A stretch of 59,182 bases of DNA, filler included, from Porpidia crustulata (taxonomy: Eukaryota), in assembly GCA_964255105.1 (NCBI GenBank). It is 3 parts of 3 records of this genome, joined end to end, with 100 filler letters (N's around TTAATTAATTAA, not from the genome) between each part and the next. Parts side by side here need not be neighbours in the genome. Positions count along the whole stretch, not along the records: positions 1 to 19,672 come from CAXUWE010000133.1; 2 more parts are not named here. One strand, given 5' to 3'. The notes below the pieces were generated by a model, which worked only from the letters and a program-made list of their open reading frames with translations, had not been told where the DNA came from and did not search any database. The position numbers and the translations under genes are program-made. Within the stretch, counting starts at the first letter, position 1; every line of letters starts with the position of its first letter. This document shows positions 1-13,574 of this stretch, in pieces.

Positions 1-377
1 CCACCACCTACAAGGGTGGCACCAATACCCTTCTCTGTGCTGTGATCTTTCTTGGGTTTCTTTTCGTCCTCATAGTAGTTGTAATCGCGCGAGTCGGCGT
101 AGGCGCCAGGCCCGGTTGGGGTTGGCTGGGAATAGTGCGAGGGAGAATGTGAACTTGGAGGTCGATTATCATAGTAGGGAGATTGATGTTGCGTTAGTTG
201 TTGCTGATGCTATGAAGTAAAATATATTAGAAAACGTAACCTCTAGAACATGATTAATCAGAAGATTGTGAGGTAGCTACGTACCTGAGGGACATAGCCA
301 GTGCTTCCATGAGGCTGCTGGCCGTAAGATTGTGGAGGAGGGTAGTAGCCTGTATTGGATCGGTAGGGATCGGACAT
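1..377 (-). CDS. Gly-zipper-like hypothetical protein, 3' end outside the window
   Basis: Manual splice: exon 377-285 MSDPYRSNTGYYPPPQSYGQQPHGSTGYVPQ, GT-AG intron 284-210, exon from 209 HQQQ...YYEDEKKPKKDHSTEKGIGATLVGG running off the edge. Confidence 0.6.
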
Positions 378-962
378 GTTGTACAGAACAGATATGACTC
401 AAGATGAGACGGAAAAAGGACTTGGTGTAGCGGGGTGGCCGTTTCAATAACAGCTGACAGGAGGGGCAAGAGCGGGGTTGCGTGGATGAGGAATCGCAAA
501 AGTATCTGAGACGAAACGAGCTGGCGTTCACAAGGTTTTCATGATTTATGCTCAAGTGACAACACAGTTGGACAAATCAGCCTCAGCTGAATGCGACGTG
601 GAGTAAGTCTGCACGGGTCGTGGCGAAGTTTTCTAGGTCTTGACTGCGCCTCCTCCTGAGCGTCCGATACCGACAACTTGAGTCGGAGGGTATGGTGATT
701 CTACAACACATATCTAGCGCAAATACGATTGGCTGAAAGTGCTAGGAAAGCTGTGACAATGGTGGCATTGATTTCCCTGGCCTGGAAATGTCGCTGCTTA
801 TCGATGCAACAAACCCACCTTTAGCAAGAACAAAGGCTGACTTCTTGGGCTTCCTGCGGGGCGCTTGTACCGCCTGGATACCTTACTGTATGTACGCCAT
901 ATTTGAGAGAAAGTCCTAAGCTTTTTCATACTTCAACGTAAGCAGCCATCTCGGCGAAGTAT

Positions 963-2697
963 CTATCTCAGTCTACCACAGCGCTCTACAGTCATTTTCG
1001 CTTTTCGACCACTTGTAGCCACTCGAAGACTGGGCGTCTTTATTACTCTCGAGGTTATGTCAAGGACGGAATCGCTAGCGCGTTGGAACTTCTTCGAGAG
1101 TGGAACTTCATCCTCCCATATGTCGAGGCCGGTTCTCCCCCTCTTTGATGGGGTCAAGGGAAGTGCAGATTCCTCGACGACAGATAGTGGTCTTTTTAAA
1201 CCTGCTGTGAACCTGGCTCTGTGGCCAGATGGTGGCGGGCTAGGTATTTGATGCGAAGCTTTTACGTTAGATTTCGCGCACGAAGGTTCGGTATCGTAGA
1301 TATTAGCTGGGTTCCTGGAACCAGCTCTTACGCTTGCGTCACTCAATGGTCTCCGTTTCTTTCCTGGGATCCCATCTCGCGTCATCCTGGAGATGAAACA
1401 ATGTCGTTGAGTCAAACCAGCATTTTCTTTCTCTTCTTCCACTTTCATTTTGTGCAATTCATCGGAAGGACAGTAGCGAAACTTTTCAGAATTCCGTTTC
1501 GTCACTTGGAGCTTAAGATCTTTCTGTATTTGCCACAGATCTGGTCTGTGCCTTCGAAGCGCACTTACCCATTCATCACAATCCATGGATACCCAGTAGT
1601 CGATGACGTGTTTCCACACACTTTCAGGTGGCTTAGAGAGATTCACAAAGATGACTTTGCCCCTCCCGCCTGGCCTTGCGCGAACAGATTTTGCAAATTC
1701 CTTGACTAATGTTTTCAGACCGTGGACGTGGAGCGACGTCCCAAGTATCAGAAGCACGTCGGGAGCAAGCCTCAGATCATAAGCGGTAATGGCCCCCAGC
1801 ATATCTGCTGATGGGTGTTCTTCGCCATAGAGAACAATGTTTGGCCGAAGCGTGCCGACTTTAGTACCACGTTTCCCTCGATCTCGTCTTTGCTGATCCG
1901 AGACCGCACAGGAGAGACATTCTGGCGCTTCTCCAGCCAATAAGAGACCCTCCCTACCTTTGTCCTCCCATCCACATGTTTTCTGACAGAAGTTGCACCT
2001 TAGCACTTCAAGATCGCCGTGCAACTGAACTACCTCGCAACCACCGTCTTGATCATTGTTGAACGATGATAGTGCAGGTATTGACGGCTTCTGCACCACT
2101 TTTTTGGCGAATCGAGAGCGATTCCCTTTTCCACAACTCAAGTCCGTGCACAGCCCTTGTCGAGCTTCGAGCCCGTCAATGTTCTGTGTATAACAACGGA
2201 CCAACTTCCGGCTATCTCGAAGATTTCGAATAAACCGATGAGTAGGTGTCGAGTGCTTAATGTCTTCACGGATCTTTCTCCGCAGCGACGCAGTAAATTT
2301 GTAAAACACAGACGTGCTTAAAGGGTCTTTCCAAAGCGCGGAGTCAAATAGGTCTTTCCCTTTAACATTGCTTGGCAAGAGGCTGCTTTGTACATCAGGC
2401 AAGGTTTTCAGACCTTGTTCTGGAATGTCGGAAATCGTACAATCTAGTGCTCGATCATATTGTGACTGAATTAAAGCGTACAATCCATCTTCGGAACGAA
2501 AATCCTAGGACAGACAGTCAGGATCTTGAGCGCTTTGTGTAAGCGATGTCTGAACTGCTTCCAATGCTTACAGGAATACCACAATTAGTAGAGATCCCAG
2601 CTCCCGTGATCACAACGACCTTCTTGGAGCTTGCCAGTACATTCGCAATGTTCTGCAGTTGACGGCTATCCTCCTTTCCAACCTTAAGTATGGGCAT
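963..2697 (-). CDS. HST3: NAD-dependent deacetylase, sirtuin Hst3/Hst4 type
   Basis: Exon 1 has VVVITGAGISTNCGIP; intron about 2571-2505; then DFRSEDGLY, YTQNIDGLE, LHGDL, CxxC...CxxC zinc site, LRPNIVLYGE, GTSL. Confidence 0.9.
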
Positions 2698-3415
2698 GAT
2701 GGCAGCTGCGTGGAGATCTGTACGCTGATACGATCATGGCGACAGTCAACAGAGAGAAGATTTACAGGTTCATCCTTTGTACCCGGACGCGCCGGAATAT
2801 CGGAAGACGCGTCGAGATCACGTGCTAGGCTCTAGCGCGATTTACCGTATAGTAGGCGTCAGGAGTACTCTGAGCGCCCGAGGATGTGCGACCATCAACT
2901 GCTTCTGCATGAACCAATTACGTCCGCCGTGAGTGTGACAGGGCCTTATGATCGCCATGATGACGAGTCAGGGGCATCAGAGGAGCCAATGGATGCTTGC
3001 ATGGCCTGCTTCTTCTTGGGTTCGACATTTGTGGGAGACTGGGGATATATCCCTTTTCATAGTGTAGCCGCACTTCAAATTTTCGCCCTCTCGTATGGTC
3101 TTTCCCGATTTGTACTCGTGAATGATTTCTGTTCATATCTCAATTTCCAAAGGTCATTTGTTTCAAGTATATTGATGTCTTAATAGCCCTGGTGGTTGTG
3201 GTCAACGTCTGGATCATCTTGACTGCTGTGGCTTCTCTCCGGAACGTGCGTATTGCTGGGTCAAGAACATCTCAACGATTAAAATGTAAATCTATAACGA
3301 CAGACCACAGTTTCCTGTGGCAGACTCCAACATTCTGACTGATCAGTCATTCCTGTGCCAGCTCCTGTTGGCCTCGAATACTTTCAACAGGAAGTGATAA
3401 CATATGTGTCTTAAC

Positions 3416-6400
3416 ATGGCAGCAAGTGAGAATACTTATCTTCTGTCCATGTAATTTTGTATGTGCTGATGGAAGTCGCAGTACCTACGTTGAAGTCTCG
3501 CCGTCGTGAGTCCCACAAAAGCCTTGTAGTCCCCTCAGAACCAGACACGCATACTTTTATTCCTTTCGGGATCGATGGTACTACAGTAGTAATTAATCGC
3601 TATGGGGAGATTTTGAAGATATTACAATACATCACGGCAAAACCCCCACAGATCATTGCACTTGATACATATAAGCTACAATACCCTTACATGGAACTAC
3701 ACAACCAAGAACTTTATTGGAACTCACAGGACCGAGGAACTGGGTTTCGTCTGAATCTGATGCTTACACACAAGGACGAGAAAATTCATTCAGAGCCAAT
3801 ACTTGAATGGGTGAATGGTCGCTGGCCACGCATATCATATTTGCTTGCCAGGCTCGAAGTTTCGATACAATTTTCGATAGAGCACGGTATCGTATCACAG
3901 CGTTTGCTGATCAAAAACCCGTTCGATGTGGATAAAGACCTGCATTTTGCCTTACAAGCTGGAGGCTCTACAGTAACAACTTTACACATCGAGGATGATA
4001 GGTGGGAAATGAACGAAGTACTCGGACAGCCAGCAACAAAACCTCAGATCATGCAGGACTTAGATGGTCACTTCGTGCTGGGGGAAGAAAGACTAGCGCC
4101 GAAATTGAATGATGACTCTACAAAGAAGAGTGTCACAAGCGAAGCTCTAATAGCCCTATTTCGCAATGGTAATAGCATCAGTCCTAATAATATAGTCTTA
4201 CGGCCTGTCGAAGAGAATAAATCGCCTTATCAAGAGACTCCGTCAACTACCATTCTTCCAACCCCACGAACACCAGATATCATTTCTATTCAACCACACG
4301 GAGTGCAGGAAGTGGACGTCCAGTACATGTTACGACCTTATGGGGACAATTCACGGTCTGTAAGGTATTTTGACGTCGGTATATTCCTTGCCAGCGAACA
4401 ACATGGTATCTGGAACTTCATCAACAACAACGATATCAATACCATTCTCCTACGACACCTTGAACACATACTGTGCACATGTATTGTGCCCATTGCACTA
4501 AATTCCAAGAGCGGTCCGCGCATTCCTTTTGACACTGCGCTAGCCTCAGGATCTAGTCCTTCTAGCGACTTGTAGGACTAAACAACCGTCACAATTTAGC
4601 TCAAGCGTCGCTGACTCTCACAGTTTTGCATTTCGTTACCTTTTATATATGTACCGATATCTTAGTTCAGACAAGCATGTCTCTGGTGATACATCGTATC
4701 TGCAACATTGTATTAAAGAAACCTGTCAAGGTCATTTGCGTTGGTGTTTCAACGACCAAGTATTTGTAGCTAAACAGGGATGGCCTATCTCGGAACCGGA
4801 GCCGAACAAAACTAGAGTCCTAGAAGATGGATCAGGCGCAAAGTCGTTCACCGGAAGCTTGCACTTACTCAAATTATTCGAGTTTTATGAGTTATTCATG
4901 GGTGAGGAAATTCTTGTCGAGGAATGTCTAGAAGCTTGTGCAAACATATGGCTTAATGCCCTTGCTAAGGGACGGGACGCGAAGTCAGGTCTTTGGTACA
5001 GAACTAGGCAGATATATACCCCAGGGAAAGTCCATGAATTTGAGGAGTCGGCGAGGCTCAATATACCAGAATACCGCTTAGGGGACCACGTGTATATCTG
5101 GAAAGCCCTTGAGTCCCTTGAGAAGATCGTCACAAAAACCTATAAACATGAAGGCTCTTTTTCAGGAATTCTAGGAAGACTAGAGAGTCTTAGACTACAA
5201 TCCTGTCAGGTACGGCAGCTCGTCCTCAAGCGCTTCATCTCACAGAACCGTGAGAACACTACGAGCGCCCACGTTGCAATGCCGGCGAACTCGATCCAGA
5301 GCGATCTATGTAACAAAGAAATTCCCAACCCAAAAGGTAAGCAAATCACCTACGCTTACGTTTTTGCTGTCCGCAAATCTCGTATAAGAGACAGGGTATT
5401 ACTCTATGCTAAGGACACAATGGTCTATGAGGGTTTTGCATGGGGTTTCTTTCAAAATAACCTCCACGTCGAAGCTACCGATGCTCAAGATAGGTCAGTA
5501 AAGGTCGATATTTCACTTGCTTGGAAGCAGACTCTCCAAGCCCAGGGTATCTATCGTGAGGTGATTTGGAGTTCGCCATTACGTTACGCTTTAGCCATCT
5601 CCATGGCCAATTACAGCCAGCCATTGGACACCTCTGTTGAATCAGCTCGACTATCAGCAGTCTGCTGGAAACGTCTTCGTAAAATGGTCACCCCTTGTGG
5701 GTTGTATATTAGCAAAGTCAATTGGGAAACAGAACTCCCAGACACAACCACCTTCCTCAACGGGTCAGGCAGTACATGGGAAATTCCGACCCTAATTTTG
5801 CGGCATATATGTGAGATCTCCAGTGAAGACTTGTAAGTGTTTTCTATCATTGATTGAGAATATTTCGAAGTCCGCATGTTACAAGGCTCCTTAGTTCGTA
5901 AGAAGCTCTGGGGTTATCGTTTACTTGAGCAGCACACACTCAAGCGTTAAGCGGCAAAAGGGCTAAGAGCCGGTTGGAAGATCGGCGAATCCACGTTGTC
6001 CACTCCTTCATACGCAATATCTGTCTTGTTTCCTTCTTTAGGGAAAGTAGCTGATATTCTTAGTGGACCAAGGAAGCAGATAACAAGATCAATGTTAGAT
6101 CCATACATTGAAGACCTTGGTAACGACCGCGCAACTGCTGTACAACCCGAAGAAGTCATCTCTCTCGACGACAGAATTGCCTTCAAGAGAAGGATTGATT
6201 TGGAAAGAGGAAATATTGGGTGTCAGAGCGTCGTGAATAAAGACCAAGTACATTAATCTACAGGTGCCTCCCATTTGTGTCTCATGAAATCTGCTCTAAT
6301 CTCTTGGACGCGTACCTAATTTGGTCGTGAAATAATAGCGAGAAAAATGAATGATTGGCTTTACCCATTTCCCAGCTTCATCCATCGGAACGCTCCCTAT

Positions 6401-8823
6401 GAGACTTTATTGGACGAAATAGACAATTTGGACCAAACGCTTGACGTCAACATCAAGGATGACTCTGATGATACTCGAACAAAGCTAGCCATCATTCTCC
6501 GAAAAGGTGCGGCAGAATGGAGTAAAAGCGATGAAGGGCACAGTAGCAAGTTCATGTGGAGCTCTGTCCTCGTCAAAATTGCTCAATATCCACGCGACAT
6601 TTTGAAGGTCTATTGGTGTTTCCCTGAACTATTGGAAGAACATCTCCATGATTCTCGGAGTATCGAGGGAGCTGGAAAGATGTTTCAGTGCCTTCAGTCA
6701 TCGTTAGTCCTGAGGAGAGAAGAATACTATTAACTACCCAACAGTTATTTTGGCCCCTTCCAAGCTGCAGATGCATTAGTAACTTATTTTTCAAGTCCGT
6801 ACGATGATAGACATAATATGGCACGGTTCTTGGTACGCCACAGTAGCTCTGCAGCGTATTTCCATGAGAATGTAGGTTTATGCTTACGGGATCTTGAACA
6901 GAAGACTGATGGGTTGCTCTTTACTAGATCCACCTACTAGCAGACACCTGGACCACAGAAGTTCATCTGACTTTCATTCAATTTGTAAACGAGCACGACA
7001 GAAATTACGCCGAAGCAGCAGGATACGTTGCTGCCTGTAATGGGTACCAACATAAATCTCCGCTGTCTATCAATCGCTCACGGGTTGATGTTTACAAGGC
7101 CTAGCTCAGCTATCGTTTCATTGGAGATATAGCAGATCGCTTTTGGTCTGGCTATACCTTGGTATACTTGCCTGGGGGATGGAGGCTGCTCCGGTACCCA
7201 TATTTCTCCGTTGGTTCAAAAGATGTAAAGAAATGGTTCTATGCATGTAACGCGCATTATCAAAGGGCAATTCTTGAACCCTTCCTAGTCGAAAAGATGG
7301 TGACTGAGATATACGAGAGTACCGGATACATACTGGGCTACATTGATGAATGGTTAAACCCTTCAGCACATCGTGCGCTTAGGCGCAATTTCGATGTACG
7401 ATATGTGCGCTCGACTACATGTATCGAAATTGAATCTATCCTAACCATGATTCGTCGTTGTTCTGAAGCGAATCTCTAATCCCTCGACCAGTGGGTGAAG
7501 CGCGAGGGTGGTAGGCATTCCGGGCAGCGAAATTGGGAGGACGGATCTAGAGATCGAGATCTTGCAGAAGTTCAGAGAAAACGTACGGAACAACAAATTG
7601 CTCTATTATACGATCAGCATCGACGTATTCAAAGTTCTATCGAGCAAGTCAAGAGTCATAGGCAAGAGGTTGTGAAGACACCAATAAATCGGAACTGCCA
7701 ATCGCTAATCTAAGCTACAGTTGATCGACATACTTACTAAGTCTTGCAGAGTCTCGGGTTGCAGCCAATAACGCGGAAAACGTTCGGATTTTTACTTACG
7801 CTACAGTAGTTTTCTACCCTTTGAGCTTTCTATCAGTAAGCTCTTACTTCCTAGATCTTTCGTTTACGCGCCTTGCTAACGAAATTTCCAGAGATTCTTT
7901 AGCATGCAAGGCCTACCGTACGTATCTTTTCCTTGAATAGATAATGTGACTGAAGGCGGAATAGCAACCATGGAATTATCGTCTATTTCGTTCAAGCAAC
8001 AGCAATCGCTCTGGCTGTTACACTCATAATTGTTTTCAATACCGAGACCGTCGCGTACTCAATCCGTCGAATTAGATATGAAATGAGCCAACAGGCAAGG
8101 GGTAAGATGAAGGAGAGTCCAAGCGTGTTCCCATTTGCTTGGAAGATTGCCCTTGACAACATCAACATGAGCGAAGAAGGGGACATATTGCACGACAACG
8201 AGCCTCCTAGACCATTGCGGAGCAAAATCATCTACTTAGTATTTTTGGTTATTTACCTATTTACCGAATATCCAGCACAACGAATTGCTGTCGCGTACGA
8301 ATCTGTGCGAACGGACGACATCAAAGATCCAAACCAGATATTCCGAACCCTTGGTCGACTCGTCTTTGCCGTGCTTCTGATGCCGATATTCGTGCCAGTC
8401 TGGATCATCCTTGTCATCTGGACGCTTCTTCCTTCGGCAATGCGCAGTATCTTGAACGAATCAGGCTTGATATGGAAGGGCCTCCGAGGAAAGGCAGCCG
8501 AAAGACTTGACAAGGATTACCCCGACCAACCTGGACGCGGTGATGAAAATTTAGATACCGATCACGGAAAAGAAAGGGAAATTGACCTGGAAACAACACG
8601 AGGTCCACCCGGCGCACAGGCAAACGGTAACGGAGAAGACCATTCTCCTCCCAGCCACAAGCGTCTACAAGAACAGCATGTCCAAGACTGTCGGGACCGG
8701 GAAGCTCGGATCCGAAGCCAGGTCTCGCTACTGGTCAATCCTCCGGAGATGTTGGATCAGTTTCGAAGTCGGCGCTTTGGCGTGAGGCAAAGATCGAAAT
8801 TGAGTAGCAGCATAAACGTTTAA
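3416..8823 (+). pseudogene. Large multi-exon fungal protein with C-terminal CorA/Mg2+-transporter-like TM hairpin, probably disrupted
   Basis: Collinear + ORFs 3457-4575, 4649-5836, 6347-6733, 7159-7479, 8083-8823 joined by plausible introns; NVRIFTYATVVFYPLSFLS|RFFSM resembles the CorA-type TM motif; in-frame TAG at 7102-7104 and an apparent frameshift near 7735-7745; start codon uncertain. Confidence 0.55.
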
Positions 8824-9133
8824 ATCATAAATGGGAACAGCAGTTGCGATGAAGTAAAAATATGGTCCAGCAAGTAACAGATCTACGTTTTCTGTCTGTA
8901 TATATTTCATTACTTTCGATGCTACTATCTCTATTATGAATATCTGATCAGTAATAAATAGCTATAACATAGAAGATGACAACATACACGTATAAGATTC
9001 CAGGCATTTATTGCCGTAGTAAGACTTGAACCAGCCGAGCGCGTGCACATTCATATCATGCATATGCAGAAATATCCAAATACTCCAGCGACTGACCTCC
9101 AGCCAACTCGGTATTTCCATGTGGATCCCGTAC

Positions 9134-9997
9134 TCACCACCATCCAAAGCTCCCATCAAAAGCATAATCGTCGTCCCCCCGCACTGATTGAAAAGTCGGC
9201 ACAGTCCCCGGCTTGTAGAAGCCCAGGAGCCTTTCCATATCTTCCTCGTCCATCTCCACAAGGTTCTCTAGGCTCCACGATTCGCATACTTTCGATATCC
9301 TAAAAAGTCGTCAGATATGCAAGGCCGGAAAGTCAAGGTCTGAGGCGAAACGTACCACTGCATCCTCTTCGGCCCTTCCTCAATCCCCGGCGCAACTTTG
9401 CGTAACTTCCTCCTTAAGATCCCCACTTTCTGTATCGCTGCTCCGATGTTCTTCGGCAAATTTGCTGCAATTTGCTTACGTACAATACTCGCAAGTTTTG
9501 GCCCGTTTCCATTTGTGCTGACCATTATCTGCAGCGGCCCATCCCGGTGCACGCTACCAAAGTAGAAATCGCATTCTGGCGGCACGTCGGCAATGTTAGC
9601 GGCTATCTTGCGCTCCTTGCAGAGCTTCCATATCTGCGATGAGGCTTCTGGGTCATCAACGGCTGTTAAGACCATATCGACGTCATCGAGGTCTGAGGGT
9701 ATGAATTTGCGATCAACAAATTCAACTTGGGCTTTATCGACACGGTGCGCGACTTCATCGTTCAAACCGTCTCGAGGGGAAACAACGGTGACTTTGGCGT
9801 CCGCATTGAGGACATTCAGGATGCGACCTGCTGCTACCTGGACTTTATTTTACTCGCTGCTAGGATACGGTGTTGGAATTGCTAGAAAGGTGTTTACATA
9901 CCTCACCACCACCAACTACTAGAACCCTTTTATTCTTGATCTGCCAAGCAAGGATGAGTGAGCCACCGCCTTCTATCGTCGGGTAGTCTTCGGGCAT
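9134..9997 (-). CDS. MET8: Precorrin-2 dehydrogenase/sirohydrochlorin ferrochelatase (siroheme biosynthesis)
   Basis: GGSLILAWQIKNKRVLVVGGGE Rossmann start, NIADVPPECDFYF, QIMVSTNGNGPKLA; two introns; TGA at 9134-9136. Confidence 0.92.
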
Positions 9998-10200
9998 GGT
10001 CTGAATTGCGAAGATGTGGTTGACATGTGCAAGCCAGACAATAATGATGGATTTGGACGATTAGATAAGCCTTGTAGGGCGACAGATGTCGGACTGTCGG
10101 ACAGAAGATCCCGCGTTACGTGACAGGCACACGGGCCTGAGAGTCAAGCCGAGACTAGCAAACAAATACAGAACGCCCGGCTTCCAAGGACTGACACAGA

Positions 10201-12409
10201 ATGTCAGCCAGAAAGATTGGGGGAGGTCGGGTCCTTGGCAGTGGCAGGTCTTTAACCCCGGCAGCAGCAGCCTATCCCCAGAGAAGCTCGAGTTTGCTGT
10301 CCCCATCCGCAAGCACAATATCCGTCACTTCCTCTATATCTACCTCTCAGCCATCCTCCGATGCCCAGGACCTAAGCTCCAGGGTATCTTTGGATCATAC
10401 CGACGAGCGAAATATCGTCGTAGCAGCTGCTGGGTCGAGGCTTGTCTGCCCAATATGTAATGAGGATATGGTTAGTTCAAAACTCAGGAACGCGGCTCAT
10501 TTCACTGATACAGCAACAGTTGACATTATTACAACTGAATAGGTATACGACTCTACTGAAGCATCCTTTATTTAGACTTATTGTTGTACAGACACCTAGA
10601 CGATAATCATAAGAACCTGGAGGACGTGAAACAGGATGAGGTCAAAGACTGGTTCAAGTCACAAGTGGTCAAGGCAAAGCGTTTCCAGCCTCTGGCCGTT
10701 CTCAACCAGAAATTCAAAGGCCTCGATGTCTTTGAATCAAATGACGGTCCCCATCCTCCTGGCCTACCTGCGGCAACACCTAGTCCCGATATTAGGCAAC
10801 CGGACCCAGACGAGGTTGTGACGAGAGATCATTGGCAGCGACGAGGACCACATGATTCTTGCTCTGAACCGGCTTGCGGGAAGAGACTCGGAAGCGGCAA
10901 TGGTAGTATCAACTGCAAAAAGTGTGGAAGGTTATTTTGCGACGAACACACTATGTATCAGATGAAGCTCTCGAGGTCGGCTCAACATGAGCCGGTGAGA
11001 GGTTTGTGGTGCCGAGCGTGCGAAACATGCTACAAATCAAGGGAAGGATACAATGATCGGAATGGTGGGCCTGAAAAATTGAGTTCCCTGTATTATGTAG
11101 GGCTTACAGTTCGCAGGCTTCGACCGAGACCACACAGCTGACTTCGACAAATTTCGAAGGCAAACGGTTGACAAAACCTTATTAGAAGTTTCCCGTCTTG
11201 AGAAGCGCCTTACAAAGCTCACGCAGCTGTTAGCAAATCCGGTAGCGGAGCAGAACGTGGGGGCCGGCAATCTGCTATGGTCGCTCTCGGGAGCCAAAAG
11301 CCCAAGAAAGCAATTAGAGCAATCCGTGGTGACTTGGGAAGAGGATGCAAGCGTAGTGCGATGTCCTTTCTGCCAACAAGAATTCTCAAGCTACACTTTT
11401 CGCAGGCATCATTGCCGGCTTTGTGGGCGCATCGTTTGTGGAGACCCATTGACGGATTGTTCGAAGGAAATCGGTATCAATGTCGAATCAAGTAAGTACA
11501 TGCCATTGCCACAGACTCTAGGCTCTGACTGTTCTAGTATCGAATGGTACCACCGAGAAGGTCATGAACGAAGTCGGAGTAGATGTAAGGATGTGCAAAA
11601 GCTGCCGGAATACGGTCTTCAGCAGACGAGACTTTGCTGCTGCACTTGCGGAGAAGCCTCCTGATCTAAAGGCCTATGAAAACCTTATTCAATTTGAACG
11701 AGGTATACGGTTAATGCTACCCAAGTTTCAACGTCTTCTGGTTGCATTGCAGTAAGCTTCGCTGGTCTAAGTATACATTACTAGACCTTGCCCTAATCCG
11801 TGTAGAGACCCTGAAAAACCACCCTCATCGTCTCAAATCGCGGACGCGTCCAAGATACGCAAGCGGCTGGTCGATGCGTTTGGCCAATACAACGTAGCAG
11901 CGCGCCGCTTACGCGATCTGCCCACAGAATCGGCCACACAGACCAAACTCCAAAAAGCTGTATTCCGACAAGCAAGCAATTTTCTACATGTCCACATGCT
12001 ACCACTGAAGTCGCTTCCAAAGGTCATGAAGCATGCCTCAGCCTACGGTATGGGATCGACGGAGCGTCTCATGGTCAACGGTGCACCTAATGGTGCACCT
12101 AACGGTGCCCTCGCATCCATCAAATACAAAGAGGTTGACGCAGCATCTCAGGTCAGTAGCAGCAGCGCTGTATCGGCACTTGAGGCCGAAGAGAAGACGT
12201 TGCGTGAAACGTTGATTGTGCTCGAAGAACAAGCATTCCTTATCAAACAGCAAATCGCAGACGCTAATAAAAGGCGCAAGTTTGATGAAGTCAGCAGCTT
12301 GGCTCAGAATGCCGAGGAGTTGGGGAAGGAAATCGACCGCGTGCAGGGCCAGCTAGGACAGCTCGACTTTGCCGGGCTTTATGGAGGGCAGGTGATACCG
12401 GCGAGGTAA
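10201..12409 (+). CDS. PEP7: Vacuolar segregation protein Pep7/Vac1 (rabenosyn-5-like, C2H2 plus two FYVE domains)
   Basis: CPICNEDM...LNRHLDD zinc finger; FYVE 1 (NCKKCGRLFC); FYVE 2 (FRRHHCRLCGRIVC); C-terminal RKFDEV..L..N..EL Rab-binding motif; multi-exon. Confidence 0.9.
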
Positions 12410-13574
12410 CACACGTGGATATGTAACATTAAGCATGGCAGAGGGGTACGTCGAAGGTCTCGGCGACAACAGCTGGTGGAGGACGTAGGACGTCCGGACT
12501 CGATTGCATGACTGGCGCTTGCTCATGCACGGAGATAGGCCATGCATTGACAATGGCTTTCGACCATTCTACGAGAAATGTTACACATGAACCAACGAGC
12601 ATTCAAAGCATAGATTTAGGGACATTGGTCTTTTATATAATTTAAATCTTTCTGGTGGGCTCTGAATATCTTAAACATGAGAAGAATATGTATGAGTGTA
12701 CAAAAGTATCGGAGCCGCCGAGACGACCGCGACCGTTTGCGTCGGAATCCTCTGGGTGTCACAAACTGCAGGAATAATCCAATAATTTACAGGATGAGGG
12801 CTTGGCAAGGCATGATTCGCCAAGTTCCGAAGCACGCTAACATTATACCTTAATTACGCGCGCATTGATGGAGGTTGGAGGCTGAGACTGACTTTGCCTC
12901 AAGAGATCTCGACGACTCACATCGCTTTGATCCGGTGGTGTCGACGCAGTTCAATCGTGGCGGTGGTTGTGAGTTGGCGATACAAATTGTGGACCGTAGC
13001 TTTACACTTTGGTTCATCGCATGTCCGCTGAATTCTTAAGCGCCCCCAATATCGCCTCTGAGTCCTCTGACCTTCGTACCTCGTCTCAGGTGCTTTAACG
13101 CTTGGTCTTTACTCCTACAATCGTCTCGGAAAGTGCAATGTACTTTTTACTGGCTAGCATGGTCGAGTCAACACTGCAACGGATGTGGCGTGACACTGTA
13201 GATCCACTGCTGGGCTGTGAGCATGATTACAGCATGGTTAATCTCCGACCCTAATCGAATTCTTCTGCTCTATCCTCATCCTCGATCTGTCTTCGCTGTC
13301 TGTGAATTGCTTGCTTTGCTTTCCTTGTGTATAGCTTCCGAGGCTGGACCTTCTTAATCTTATTGTTTCCCCGCACAATACAGGTCACTCTTTCTTTTTC
13401 GGGCACCTGTCTTTACTTCTCACATTCTTTAATTTCTTACACCGCTGGACGGATACAACAGTAACCTGGTACGGCTGTAAGAGGAGTTTGTCCCTCCGTA
13501 GTTCAATTGGTGTTTACTACGGCTTGTCAGCAATATCTGCCACTCCAGTCTTTATGCTACAGGTTTTGCCTGCC

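Noticed and set aside
12078..12112. 12-bp tandem repeat (NGAP x3) in PEP7
   Set aside because: In-frame low-complexity linker; unremarkable
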